Notes under the pieces: generated by a model
What the model was told of the DNA's origin: nothing
What the model saw: the letters and a program-made list of their open reading frames with translations, nothing else
The model's database searches: none
NCBI GenBank assembly: GCA_963514005.1
Contig: OY740795.1
Span: 39,308,001-39,372,000 of the forward strand
DNA from: Raja brachyura
Taxonomy: Eukaryota
Direction: 5' to 3'
Length of the DNA: 64,000 nucleotides
Translations under genes and position numbers: made by a program
Part shown: positions 12,752 through 26,034 of the stretch, in pieces
Layout of the letters: every line of letters begins with the position of its first letter
Numbering within the stretch: position 1 is the first letter of the stretch

Positions 12752-12799
12752 GAAATCTTAAAATGTTCAGTTCTCATTAATATCAGCGAGCAAAATGAT

Positions 12800-13070
12800 T
12801 ATTTTGTGGATATACATCACGGAAACATATCCGGCAACCCACCCAGTCCACACCATCAATCACCCGTTCACACTAGTTATATGTTATCTCACTTTCTCAT
12901 CTACTCCCTACACATTATGGGCATTTATTTTTACAGAAGCCAATTTACCTACAAACCAGCATCAGGAGCACGTGCAAACTCCATACAGGTAGCACCCAAG
13001 GTCAGGATCGAACCCGGGTCTCTGCCACTGTGAGTCAGCAGCTCTATCACCTGCAACGCGGTGTCGCCCT
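12800..13070 (-). mobile_element. HE1/V-type SINE
   Basis: Reverse complement has B box gggttcgatcc and core gtatggagtttgcacgtg. Confidence 0.75.
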
Positions 13071-14309
13071 TGACAAATTTGTGAAACAAACCCGTCCCAG
13101 CAGGTTTGGTGGAAGTGGGTGGAGAGGATAGGGTGGGGAAGGATGCGATTTCAAGTGCAGTCTGATTTGTGAGTTTCAGAATGTGGCTCATGGCAGCGTG
13201 AACTGATTCAAAAGGGAAAAAAAAAATCACATGTTGGCAGACTCTCAGTCTCCCATAGTTTCAAATATTGCAAAGTGTCTGGTTATTTGGATTCATCTTG
13301 AAGATGACCGCAGCATATATGCTCAGAGAAAGAATGACATCAACGTGTTCTATTTATTAATACAATAAAATGCCTTACATAACAAATTAAATAAGCATGT
13401 GACCTTGCTTAAAAAGAAATCTTTAGAAAAGTAGGGTGATTGCATAATCTGCCTCATACAAACCTTGCACTTGCCAGAAATCACTGGGGGGTCAAATTAG
13501 TACTTTGCTAACATTTTTTGCCAAATCTATTCTCCAAGTTTCCAGAGGGAATAGAACAGCTATATAAAGTATTATCACATGCAGTGACACATTTTGAAAA
13601 TAATTCATTGCATCCAGTGACACACAATATAGAGTTTCTCACACCAAACATCATGCAGTGTAAAGTACAACTGTTCAACCTCAGACTGTGGGCCCCAGAG
13701 TGGGTCAGGCTGTCCAGAGCAAAGAGGGGGAGAGGGTTGCTGAGAGCAAAGAAGGACCGGGGGGGAGAGTACAAAGAGGGACCCACAGTATTATAATGAG
13801 TACTTAGTTACTTTGTCGACGCCAGATTCAGAGTGACCCTTTGTGTACTTTGTGCATCGTATGTGAAGACAACAAATTTCACTGTACCTGGGTACATGTG
13901 ACAATAGGGTATATTTTAATTGATACAGTGTGCAAGAAATTATTCACAGCACACAGCACCTTGCTTTTTAAAATACAGTTCAAAACCTATGGGACCAGAG
14001 GATAAGCTGGTTAAAGCAGATGGGATTCTTCCCTTCTATGTCTCAGTCAATGAAACCAAGAGCAGGGAAGCCTAACATTGGAACTGTAAGAACTAGTAGT
14101 TAGGCTGCACCAGGTAAAATGCTCTTTACTGTTCTGATCATTCTGTAGGAGTATGACAGTCCTTGGCATCAAAGTAGCATTTGACTGAGTGCACCATTGA
14201 GTAGCCTCAGCATATTTAATGTCCCTGACAACTAGAAGCCTTCACTGGCTGGAGTCATACTGTTCGGACAGGACAATGGTTGTTGTAGGAGGACAATTGG
14301 CACAGGCAG

Positions 14310-14860
14310 GCTGGAGGGGCACAGTTGTACAGTTTGCAAAGCTGCTACTTCACTATATCAATGATCCAAGTTCAATCCTGACGTTGAAGTGGGTTTCTCC
14401 AGCTGCTCCAGTTTCCTCCCACATCCAAAAGACATGCAGATAGGTAGGCTAATTGTGTAAGAAGGAACTGCAGATGCTGGGTTACACCAGAGATAGACCC
14501 AAAATGCTGGAGTGACTCAGCGAGTCTTTCCTTAATATACGGTGCTGGCTTTGATTTGTTCTTTTCATTCCTTTCATTAATTTGTTCTTTGTACATTTTC
14601 ATGCCACTAGTTTCCCTCTCCCTGACTCTCAGTCAGAAGGGTTTCGACCCGAATCATCACCTATTACTTCTCTCCAGAGATGCTGCGTGACCCGCTGAGT
14701 TACTCCAGCATTTTGTGTCTATCTTTGGTAGATTAAATGCCTCTCACAAATAAAATCTGGAGGTGGATGTGCATATAGAAAGAAATGTTTACAGGGAAGA
14801 TGAGTGGGTTGGGGATCAATCTGGGAGCTGGCCATAAACTCACTGAAATGGCCACCTTAT
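14310..14860 (+). mobile_element. Degenerate SINE interrupted by a Penelope-like inverted-arm insertion (about 14455-14728)
   Basis: SINE B box agttcaatcc and V core precede gaaggaactgcagatgctgg...; the right arm is cccgctgagttactccagcattttgtgtcta. Confidence 0.6.
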
Positions 14861-14962
14861 ATGTTATAAAGAAAATATGGAAATCATCTCAGTCCCAGTA
14901 CAATGTTGCACGGCTTCCTCGGGACATTAGCACAGCCCTCGCCATCGGCCCCTTCATCAAGC

Positions 14963-16846
14963 ATTGAAAGAAAACTGGCAGGGAACATAAAAACTGACTG
15001 CAAAAGTTTTTATAGATATGTGAAGAGAAAAAGATTAGTTAAAACAAATGTAGGTCCCTTGCAGTCAGAAACAAGTGAATTGATCATGGGGAACAAGGAC
15101 ATGGCAGACCAATTGAATAACTACTTTGGTTCTGTCTTCAATTAGGAAGACATAAATAATCTGCCGGAAATAGCAGGGGACCGAGGGTCAAATAAGATGG
15201 AGGAACTGAGTGAAATCCAGGTTAGCCGGGAAGTGGTGTTGGGTAAATTGAATGGATTAATGGACAATATCTCCCCAGGGCCAGATAGGCTGCATCCCAG
15301 TGTACTCAAGGAAGTAGCCTCAGAAACAGTGGATGCATTAGTGATAATTTTTCAAAACTCTTTAGATTCTGGAGTAGTTCCTGAGGATTGGAGGGTAGCT
15401 AATGTAACCCCACTTTTTAAAAAAGGAGGGAGAGAGAAAACGGGGAATTATAGACCAGTTAGTCTAACATCGGTAGTGGGGAAACTGCTAGAGTCAGTTA
15501 TTAAAGATGGGATAGCAGCACATTTGGAAAGTGATGAAATCATTGGACAAAATCAGCATGGATTTACGAAAGGTAAATCATGTCTGACGAATCTTATAGA
15601 ATTTTTCGAGGATGTAACTAGTAGAGTGGATAAGGGAAAACCAGTGGATGTGTTATATCTGGACTTTCAGAAGGCTTTCGACAAGTTCCCACATAAGAGA
15701 TTAGCATACAAACTTAAAGCACATGGTATTGGGGGTTCAGTATTGATGCGGATAGAGAACTGGCTGGCAGACAGGAAGCAAAGGGTAGGAGTAAACGGGT
15801 CCTTTTCAGAATGGCAGGCAGTGACTAGTGGGGCACTGCAAGGCTCAGTGCTGGGACCCCAGCTATTTACAATATATATTGATTTGGACGATGGAATTGA
15901 ATGCAACATCTCCAAGTTTGCGAATGGCACGAAGCTGGGGCGCAGTGTTAGCTGTGAGGAAGATGCTAGGAGGCTGCAAGGTGACTTGGAAAGGCTGGGT
16001 GAGTGGGCAAATGCATGGCAGATGCAGTATAATGTGGATAAATGTGAGGTTATCCACTTTGGTGGCAAAAACAGGAGAGTAGATTATTATCTCAATGGTG
16101 GCCGATTAGGAAAAGGGGAGATGCAAAGAGACCTGGGTGTCATGGTGCACCAGTCATTGAAAGTAGGCATGCAGGTGCAGCAGGCAGTGAAGAAAACGAA
16201 TGGTATGTTAGCATTCATAGCAAAAGGATTTGAGTATAGGAGCAGGGAGGTTCTACTGCAGTTGTACAGGGTTTTGGTGAGACCACACCTGGAGTATTGC
16301 GTACAGTTTTGGGCTCCAAATCTGAGGAAAGACATTCTTGCCATAGAGGGGGTACAGAGAAGGTTCACCAGACTGATTCCTGGGATGTCAGGACTTTCAT
16401 ATGAGGAAAGACTGGATAGACTCGGCTTGTACTTGGTAGAATTTAGAAGATTGAGGGGGGATCTTATAGAAACTTACAAAGTTCTTAAGGGGTTGGACAG
16501 GCTAGATGCAGGAAGATTGTTCCCGATGTTGGGGAGGTCCAGAACAAGGGGTCACAGTCCAAAGATAAGGGGGAATTCCTTTAGGACCGAGATGAGGAAA
16601 ACATTTTTCACACAGAGACTGGTGAGTCTCTGGAATTCTCTGCCACAGAAGGTAGTTGAGGCCAGTTCATTGGCTATATTTAAGAGGGAGTTAGATGTGG
16701 CCCTTATGGCTATAGGGATCAGGGGGTATGGAGAGCAGGCAGGTACAGGATACTGAGTTGAATGATCAGCCATGGTCATATTGAATGGCGGTGCAGGCTC
16801 GAAGGGCCGAATGACCTACTCTTGCACCTATTTTCTATGTTTCTAT
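14963..16846 (+). mobile_element. 5'-truncated CR1 LINE with RT domain (inactivated)
   Basis: ORFs 14903..15145 and 15197..16756 are in the same frame, split by a stop. RT motifs NYRPVSLTS, QHGF and YLDFQKAFDK are present. Catalytic FADD reads FANG. Ends in a (tttctatg)n tail. Confidence 0.97.
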
Positions 16847-17700
16847 CAATGACCTCCTCTCTACTATCACATCCCAAGTGGCACACAATTCAATTCCATC
16901 TGCATCTCCTCATATATTAAATCATCTCTGCATGTTTGTGGCAAGATTGGACAACATTAATGCTTTGGGGCGAGTAACAAATGTGCCACAAACGTTGTGG
17001 TTTGTAAGCTAATTGGCTTGGTAAAATTGTAAATTGTTCCCAGTGTTTGTAGGATAGTGTTAGTGTGCAGGGATCTTTGGTCAGCGCGGACGCGTTGGGC
17101 CAAAGGGCCTGTTTCCGCCCTGTATTTCTAAACTAAACGCAGCATTGCCAGGTAAGGGCCAGCACCAACACAAAGTAGAATCATCTCCCTTTGGCATTCA
17201 ATAGAATAACATCATCAAATCTCCTGCCCATCACTGAATTTCTGTGGCGGAGTGGAATGATCAATGATCAAAAGCCCGACAGGGTCAGTCATAAAAACAC
17301 TGTGGCTATAAGAGCAGGGCAAAGATCAGTTATTCCCAGGGACGTATCTGCTGATTACCACAAGCATTTTTGCGATCTAGAGAGCACAAATCAGTAGTGG
17401 GATGGAATATCCTTCAGTCGCCTGGACGCAACTCAAACGCTTGACGTCATGCATTATAATAACAACCCATTCAATCAGCACTGAATCTACCATCTTGAGC
17501 ATTTACTCCCAGCTCACTGTGGTAGCAGCGTGTAGCGTCTACAAAATGCAGTACTGACTTATCAAAATGTCTTATATAGAAATTGGAAAACTTGACCTCT
17601 TCCATAAGAAGAACAAGGTCAGCATGCACAAACCTCCATAATCACAAAGTTTATCTCCAAGTCACACACCATCCTGACCTCAAACCAAATTGCCACGCGC
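16847..17700 (+). mobile_element. Ancient LINE (CR1-group) remnant split by the young CR1 and a SINE 3' part (about 16990-17140)
   Basis: Sequence before (ccttcatcaa) and after (tcaatgacctcctc) the CR1 joins into a motif also seen at about 32970-33030. Confidence 0.5.
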
Positions 17701-18689
17701 CCATATCAATGGGCCACCATTTAGCGTGATCGAGTTCGACGGCACAATAAGCAGCCTTTGGGCCCAATGCACCGTGCTAACCAGGGTGTCTTCCTGAGCT
17801 AGTCCCACTCCACAGCACTTGGCCCATAACACTGCCCTATCCATGAACCTGTCGAAATGTCTTTAAAAATAATTTAAAAGTCATTATACCCAGATGCTGC
17901 CTACTCGCTGAGTTCCTCCAGCAGGTTGCTTTTTTGCTCAAGATTGCAGCAACTGCAGTTTCATGTCTCTCCTATCATTCTATAGTTCATTGCTATGTGC
18001 AAGATGTAAATCATTACACTGTATGATTATTTTTATTATTATTGGCAAGAATAAGATATGGTTCACCCATTCTTTCTCCATCAACAGTCATTAAAGATCA
18101 TTCATTCTTTAGGACCGATAATGAAAAAAATCAGCTTTATCCCCGTTAAGCTACGAAAATTCACGATAAATGGCCTGGATGTTGGACAGCTACCTAACAT
18201 ACAACTTTAGTGCTCCAAACTCTGTTACGTTCGAACAGGCCTTTCCAGAAAGTGGTCATTGGTTTCCAATCCCTAGAGTGAGGAAAATGATCCAATTGAT
18301 GCAATAGAAATGCCCTGTTAATGAATCTTGCCTGTGATGGCAAATGGCAGTCATATTAGGTCACTATCACTGTGGAAATATGACTGTGGCTTTCTACAGC
18401 AACTTCCAGCAATGGTGTGTGAGAGACAGTAAAGAGCCCCATGTTCTGACCCTGTCACTTGCTTCGTGGTTTCTGTTGAAAGGGGTTTGTGAAAAAAAAT
18501 CTGTGCTGTAGAAATCATTAGAGTGCAAAATCTGGTCAGTTCTCAACCACGAACATTTAGGAGATTACTGCAGCTGTAAATAAAGCAGGTAGCATATTCA
18601 GTCAAAAGTGTGGCAAAGAGCTGGAGGAGGAAAGAAAACTATATTTTAGACAATCTGGGAAATATATCCCTTTTGTTGTCAATTAATAG

Positions 18690-19075
18690 TCATAAACCCA
18701 TGAGTTTTTATTTGGAGGAGATCAAGATGAATGATGTGGGTAGAGCAGTGGATGCTGTCTACGTGGATTTTTGTAAGGCATTTAACAAGGACCTTCATTG
18801 TAGGCTGATGCAGAAGATTAAGATGCAATAATAGAAGATAGCAGTGGAAGGGGGTTATTCTGGCTGTAAACCTGTGACCTCTGATGTCCCGCAGGCTTTC
18901 AGTGTTGGGACTTGTATTGTTTGTGATACTAAAACATTGGTGGGTTGGTTAACAAGTTTGCAAGAAACACAAACATTTGTGGAGTTGCAGACAGTGAAGA
19001 AGGCTGTCAAAGGATTCAAAGGATATAGATCAGTTACAGATAAGCAAGAAAAACTATCAGAGTTTAATGTGAGCA
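18690..19075 (+). mobile_element. Old CR1 RT remnant
   Basis: GRAVDAVYVDFCKAFNK and PVTSDVPQ motifs, frameshifted. Confidence 0.75.
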
Positions 19076-19519
19076 TGCGTGAGGAACTTAAACCCACAGA
19101 TTTAAACAATATATTTTTTGTAATTATTTATTATAATGAAGGACCTTATTTCTGAAAGCTTAACTGTTTCTCTTTCCACGAATGTTATCTGACCAGCTGA
19201 ATGTTTTTAGCATTTTCTGTCTTTATTTCAGATTTCCAGCCTATGCAATTTTTTTAAATTGTCATTGTGCATGGATTTTGTTTTCCCCCCCATAGTTGTA
19301 CAATTCACTTGATTGTCACTCTGCAAATGATAAAGGACACGGATAGATTACAAAATGCAGCAAAACTCATTAAAGGGAGAACTATCTTAAAACAAGCGGT
19401 AAAGTGACCTTCAGTATGCACTCCACAGCTGCCACTCAATGTTGTGACATTAAGAGCTGTCTAAAAAAACCATGAGGCTGAGGAAGGGGCTCACTGCCCA
19501 CAAAACCCTACATTCAGTG

Positions 19520-19623
19520 GACTTCACTCGTCTGAAGAAGGGTCTCGACCCGAAACGCCACCCATTCCTTCTCTCTGGAGATGCTGCCTGTCTCGCTGTG
19601 TTACTCCAGCTTTTTGTGTCAAT
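19520..19623 (+). mobile_element. Penelope-like pseudo-LTR mini-insertion with hammerhead motif (cleavage triplet mutated to GCC)
   Basis: ctgaagaagggtctcgacccgaaacgcc at 19532-19559. 13-bp TSD ccta(c/t)attcagtg at 19507-19519 / 19624-19636. Confidence 0.8.
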
Positions 19624-21257
19624 CCTATATTCAGTGAGGTGTGTACGTCAGGTAAGTGGTGGTGCATGCCAGGAAGGAAGCACCATTGAGAGAACTTGTT
19701 GGATTATTTGCATCAACCCACAACAAAAACCCTATTACTACCATTAGGACTGGCCACACCTCAATATCCACAGTCACCACCTTTATGACAAATGTCATTG
19801 TGCTTCAGTTACTTGTTAGAAATTATGAAGTACATTGGCTCTCAGGAAACTTGAAACATTTAAAAATAAAACTTGTTTACTGCTTTGAGCAGATGTTGCT
19901 GGCAACCAGAAGCCTTGACAGAATCTGGATTAGAGATGTTCCAGTCAGGAAAATTTGGCAATGGTCACAAGTTTTAAATCCTATTATCTCTGACCATAAA
20001 ACCAAGCTCAGCCATAAAATGCACCTGGAGGCTACAAATTTTCCTGCATGCAGTGTGTTGGAAGTTTGAATCTCAGGACAGGTTTCTCATCCTCAACTTC
20101 ACATGCCTGTATGTCTCTTTATTTTTTTACAAACTAATCTGCTTGCTGCTTTGTTTGTAGTACCTATGGTGTCTCATTGTTCCCCAACCCCACACCCAGG
20201 TCAAGATCAGGAAATTATTATTTAGTATCCGGCTAAACACTTTGCAAAATACATTGAATAATATACATTTCTAGCAATTAATCACATTTAAACCTAAACA
20301 TTACCCTTTACCACCTCATTCTCAGCAGGCATTGGCACAACAAGAGTTTTAATTATTTCTACAAATGATGAACAAACTGAATCTTGCAGGTGAATGTCAG
20401 CAGTTTCATGATATTTATCCCCCTCAATGCAAGCAAGTTCGGGATTCATGCTTACTTACATCCGCATGTGGAATCCCAAACTTGCTGACAGATTGCCCGC
20501 TGGGTGAATTCTGCCTTATGCTCTCACACCAGTCTCCACATGAAGGCAGAGCACAAACTTGATGCGAGTCCCCAACACTTAGACTGGGAATCAGTTTTAG
20601 GATCGTGTGCCAGGATTCATCTGAGACCCCATTCATTGCCGTGGAGAAAATACAACTGTATGGAACATAAACAGACTAGTTATCAAGCATGTTATCTATT
20701 ATTTTTTATCTCAGTGGTATTGCCTTGATTATTTTGGCATTCTTAATCTTGCTAATAATTTTCTAGTTAACATTATTTTGCTCATTATTTAACAGTTTTT
20801 GAAAGCAGCCCAGAAACTTTACAGATTTGACAGATGGCTGATCAGCGGGGGGTGGGCATAGCAATCTGTCAAAATTTCCACAGCAGTTAGTGGGTGGGCT
20901 TGTTCTGAGCCACCCATGTGACCCTGTTATGGCCTTTGATCTTGTTGATTAGGTCCAGGTTGCTCTCCACCAGCAAGTTCATCCTTATGGACGCGAACCA
21001 AATAAGTTCGGAACGACAAGGAATCTGATTGATGAACAGGGATCAGAACTTGTTTAGTACGTTGGGTTAATATGGAACTAATCGTTATTTACTTACATCA
21101 CACTTTTGAAATTCTATTACCTGTCAACTAAAAACAAACAAAAAATACAATAAAATTCTGCATTCTATAGGATCTCTCATCTATAAAATGCTCTACAAGG
21201 ATTTTCTTTTTGTAAATTTGAATGCTGCCAATAGTTGATCCAGTTGGTCTTCAATAA

Positions 21258-21347
21258 TAAACACAAAATGCTGGAGTAACTCAGCGGGACAGGCAGTATC
21301 TCTGGAGAAAAGGAATGGGTGACGTTTCGGGTCGAGACCCTTCTTCA
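21258..21347 (-). mobile_element. Penelope-like pseudo-LTR mini-insertion
   Basis: gacgtttcgggtcgagacccttcttca. Direct repeat tcttcaataa at 21248-21257 / 21342-21351. Confidence 0.8.
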
Positions 21348-21892
21348 ATAAGATTTATATCCACATAATTCAGCCTTATTGAAACAATTCTGTTCATATC
21401 CCTCATCCGAGTGCCAAGATTATTTGGAGATCCATTGTTGCAAACCACATTAGTAAATCACTGTTCCAATGATAACAACGTCTGTTTATATTTAACATCT
21501 ATGCGTTGGCCCCAATTTTCATCTGATCACAATGTAAGCAACAACAAGCTTCATATCAAATGTACTTCCCCAGTCTACACATGTACAGGCAGTTTTCATT
21601 TTAAATGTTTAAACGTTCTGCTCGATTTAGATTAAACCAGTGACCATTATCGACCATTATCTACTAAATGCCACAGTTTCCTTAACTATTCAGCCTCCTA
21701 ATCCTGTACCACTTCAGTATTCACTTTTGTACTGTACCATCACATCTTATGTTGTTTAATCTCTCCTGCATTGCATCCTTTTACATACTGTACCTTCCTC
21801 TTTGTTTTATCCCCCATTTCCTTTGCAGCCAAACATTTTTGTTCCATCATTAACTTTTTCTAGTTCTAATGGAAAGTTATTGAACTGAAATG

Positions 21893-22580
21893 TTTAGTTT
21901 AGTTTAGTTTTAATTTAGAGATACAGCGAGGAAACAGGCCCTTCGGCCCACCGGGTCCGTGCCGACCAGCGATCCCCATATTAACACTATCTTACACCCA
22001 CTAGGGACAATTTTTATATTTACCAAGCCAAGTCAAATGTGGGTCCCTTGAAGGCAGACACGGGTGAAATTATTATGGGTAATAAGGAAATGGCAGAAGA
22101 GTTGAATAGGTACTTCGGATCTGTCTTCACTAAGGAAGAAACAAACAATCTCCCAGATGTACTGGAGGACAGAGGATCTAGATGTACTGGAGGACTGAAG
22201 GACAGAGGATGCAGGAAAAATGTTCCCAATGTTGGGTGAGTCCAGGACCAGGGGCCACAGTCTTAGATTAAAGGGGAGGCCATTTAAGACTGAGGTGAGA
22301 AAAAACTTTTTCACCCAGATAGTTGTGAATTTGTGGAATTCCCTGCCACAGAGGGCAGTGGAGGCCAAGTTACTGGCTGGATTTAAGAGAGTTAGATAGA
22401 GTTCTAGGGGCTAGTGGAATCAAGGGATACGGGGAGAAGGCAGGCACGGGTTATTGAATGGGGATGATCAGCCATGATCACAATGAATGGCGGTGCTGGC
22501 TCGAAGGGCTGAATGGCCTCCTCCTGCACCTATTTTCTATGTTTCTATGTTTAATTAACCTACAAACTTGTTCGTCTTTG
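21893..22580 (-). mobile_element. HE1-type SINE 3' part interrupted by CR1
   Basis: (tttag)n tail and gaaacaggcccttcggccca...taccaagcca; resumes after the CR1 as ttaattaacctacaaac. Confidence 0.75.
22032..22551 (+). mobile_element. Internally deleted CR1 nested in a SINE
   Basis: GPLKADTGEIIMGNKEMAEELNRYFGSVFTKE (pre-RT region) is joined to the ORF2 C-terminus, 3' UTR and (tttctatg)n tail. Confidence 0.9.
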
Positions 22581-22969
22581 CATTAACTTGGTCACTCTCT
22601 TCTCTGCTGCAGCATAATCTGTTAAGTATTTCCATCATTTCGTATTTTCATTTAATCCAAACCAGAGCTCTCATTATTGTCATAAATATAGGATTCTTAT
22701 TCTTCAGAGACAGCTAGCTGTAGGCCAAGCAGATTCTGCCCTTGTGTCAAGGCCAATACTCAGCAAATGCTTTATGGTCGATGACAGTAACGGGAGGATT
22801 TTAGTGAAATGTATTATATGGTATCATAAGCCTTAATCTTGAGCAAGGTCTGCAGTGACACTGAAGTGAATTACATTGTCTCAAGAGATGGTTCAAGGCT
22901 CATTCAGCAACATTTATGATGCCAGATACTTGAATCATAGAGAATCTATGATACCTAAAGAGGCCATTT

Positions 22970-23560
22970 ATTCTGCCAGTATGGAGTTTATAGAACAGGC
23001 TTTCGTGGCCGCTAGTGTCATGATTGTTTGTGCCTTTTTACCCGTCTGGGCAGAGAGTTTTAGACCAATACTGCCCTTTGCATGAAGATTGTTTTCTTAT
23101 CTGCCTGCCACCTATTATTTCATGGTCACTGACTTGCCTCCTTCTGTCCTCCAGGCCCTTCAAATCTCTCCTAAGCTTCCCCTGCTGCAAAGTAAACAAC
23201 ACTAGCAATCTAGGTAATATCCTCACAAACCTCCTTTGCATCCTCTCCCATTCTAAGATATCTTTCTGCCAGGAGCGCTCAGACCATGTATTGCTGAAGC
23301 TGTGGTCCAATGGGTGTTGTTTACAATTCTTGTACAACCTCCCTGTTTTAATGTTCTATGTCCCATCTTAAATGAAAGCATCATGTTTGCCATCTTATTG
23401 ACCAGTCCTGCCACCTTTAAATATCTCCGGACATAAACTCCAAGGTCCTTTTATTTGTCCTCATCTCTTGCTTGCTGTATTTTCCTGAATGCTTTATCTC
23501 ACATTCTCTAGTTTAATTCCCATTTGCTACTTTGCCCAATAGATTCCTTAATGTCAACCA
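22970..23560 (-). mobile_element. Old CR1 remnant
   Basis: Minus ORF 23038..23337 reads KDILEWERMQRRFVRILP, a degenerate CR1 ORF2 C-terminus. Confidence 0.65.
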
Positions 23561-26034
23561 TAGAGATAATTGTTGTACCATTTAGAAACTGCTTTAATAT
23601 GCCCCTTATATTTAAGTTTTAAAATCCTTGGCTCCAAGCATTAAAAATATTTCTGCATTAATGCTGTTCCATCAAAGGGCTCAAAATCAACCTTGCAAAA
23701 GGTAGTGTAACAGTCCGACTTTCTAAAGTTTCAAGTGGAATCCAAAATCGCTGTGTTCATGTTCTTCCCACTGAAGGTTTCTGAATGCGTCTGGATTATT
23801 GCCAGTGGTAACAGACAAGATGAAGGTTGTTCTTCACTAGTAGGGATACACAACAAGGAGCCGCAGCTCCTTCAGACCTGAGCTACTTGAATACTTCACG
23901 CTGCTGCTGAGTATAAAGCAGCAGAAACCGAAGCTGACAGCAGGCTGTCTGCCCACGCTGCTGACGTGTGACACAATAGGAGAGAACAAAGTTGAAATAT
24001 GCAAATACAGGCGCAGGATACAAAATGCAAATACTTACTAAGTCCCAACTGCATCAAATGCAGAAAAGATCTGGAGTTGAACCCACAGGCGTCACCTGGA
24101 TGAGATCTAAAACCATAGCTGTTTAAGGAACAAAGACACACTCTTCACAATCCTGTGTGCACCGCGGCGACTATCCACGTACTGAATTATTTCATATCTC
24201 AGAGATCATCTGTCCAAAATGACTCATGTATGCAAAGAACACCATGTCAGAAAAAGAATCAGGCACAGAAGAACACAAAGAAGAACACAAAGAAGCATGT
24301 TACACCAGTGAAAGCAATTGATAGAGAGATATTGACATGAAAAGTGTTGGAAATCAAAGATGCGATCTTCCGTTCACCAGTGCAATATTCCTTGTGGCTA
24401 AACCCTTTGTGTTTCAATATCAATAAAATCAAAGAAAAAATGTGCGATAGGTATAAGATTCAAATGGTTAGAAAGCACTCAAAGCTACAATCAGCATAGC
24501 TCTCGGGCTAAAATGAGCGAGATGAGAGATCTCTCAGTGAGGGAGCAGTAGCTGTCACTGTTCTACACGTGGGTATCTTTACATAGCCATAGCTTGACCA
24601 GCTTCCCCCATACCTTCAGACCAGCCTGGGTCACTGTTGTCACTGTTGTCACTGCTGCTGCCCACAAGTGGGCAGAAAAATGAGGTTGGGGAGGTACTTG
24701 CAGCAATGTAGCTTTATTTAGAACCACAACAGTAACCCACAGTGATATTAGTGACACAAAGGCAAATTTCCTGTGGTAGTGAAAATCTGAAATACAAACA
24801 AGAACATCCTTAAAAGCACTTAACTGGAAGATTTACAGGTCTTACAGAACAATGTTGTACATCTTAGCCTTCATTGTAAGTGTGGTCAAAGGAGGGCAGT
24901 TGAGAAGCACTCAGAGTTGAATGTTTGTACGTCTCTCGGTTCCTTCCACACCTGCTCTCAAAGCTAAGCCCAGCGATGGAGTAGTGCTAGGGAAAAGATC
25001 AGGATGGTCTTGGCACTAAGCTGTACTAGAGAGGGCTGGTGCAGTAATATTGGCTTCCTCCAATGGAGTACAGACAAAGATAAGTATTTTGACCATTTTC
25101 TTTCTTTACATACCCCTTTTAGTATTCTAATGAGTATAGTTTGATCCATATTTTACTTAACTCCATTAGGCCCTGGAGGCAGATATAATAATATAATTTA
25201 TGGGGCTTTTGGATAGGCCCATGGATTATGCTGGGAATAGAAGGATATGGATCATGTGCAGGCAGAGGAGATTAGGTTAACCTGCACTATGTTTGACATG
25301 GAAATTGTGGGTTGAAGTTCAGTTCCCTTGCTGTACTGTTCTCTGCCTACTTGAAATGGTTTTAAAATGTCTCTTGACGATAAGGGACATTTAAAACGTA
25401 TTAAAAGGTTTCGACAATGCTGTTGTGGGGCCATCCCCACCATCACAAATGCTTGTTGGGTGCAAAGGTCTGATTGACCAGCCCACCACATCTGGCAGAT
25501 GTGCAGCGGGTGTAAGTGTTGGTGTCAATGAATCAGGGCAGGAGATGTGAGCCAGCCCGTGGATGGGGTCAACAATTATTCATCATTCCTGATGAGAAGT
25601 TACTTCTGCTTCTCTCTTTACAGCTGCTGCCTGCCTGACTTACTGTGTAACCACAATTGGTGAAGGTTTTTAATGTTCGCTGCTGGCAACTTAATATAAT
25701 TGTCATAAGTCATGAGTTTTGTGCAAGACTATTGTGCAATTTACTTTAACTTATTACAGAGTTATATTCAGAGATGAGACGTGCCGTGCTGGAGAGGAAT
25801 TTTATAGCCCCAAAAATGAGTTGGGCAAGATGCTAAAATATACAACATTAATAAAATATTAAAACATATTCCTGAGCCAGGAGCATTTTGGGAATGTTGG
25901 TATTTTGTGAAAGGTTTGTGCACCTTGTGATTTTACATGTTCTAGCACTCGCTAGCTAAGTTCCCCAAGCATCGGGATGCCTGATTGATTGGCTGTAGTG
26001 CCTGAGGAGCAGGTCGTTCCACTTGCATGCTCTC

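Noticed and set aside
15197-16756. 519-aa open ORF as an active or domesticated reverse transcriptase
   Set aside because: It is a 5'-truncated CR1 with no endonuclease, an upstream in-frame stop at 15143-15145, catalytic FADD changed to FANG (15917-15928) and GVPQGS changed to GALQGS. A recent dead copy explains the open frame.
24262-24660. Short tandem duplications (agaagaacacaa x2; gtcactgtt x3)
   Set aside because: Ordinary slippage repeats with no further structure.
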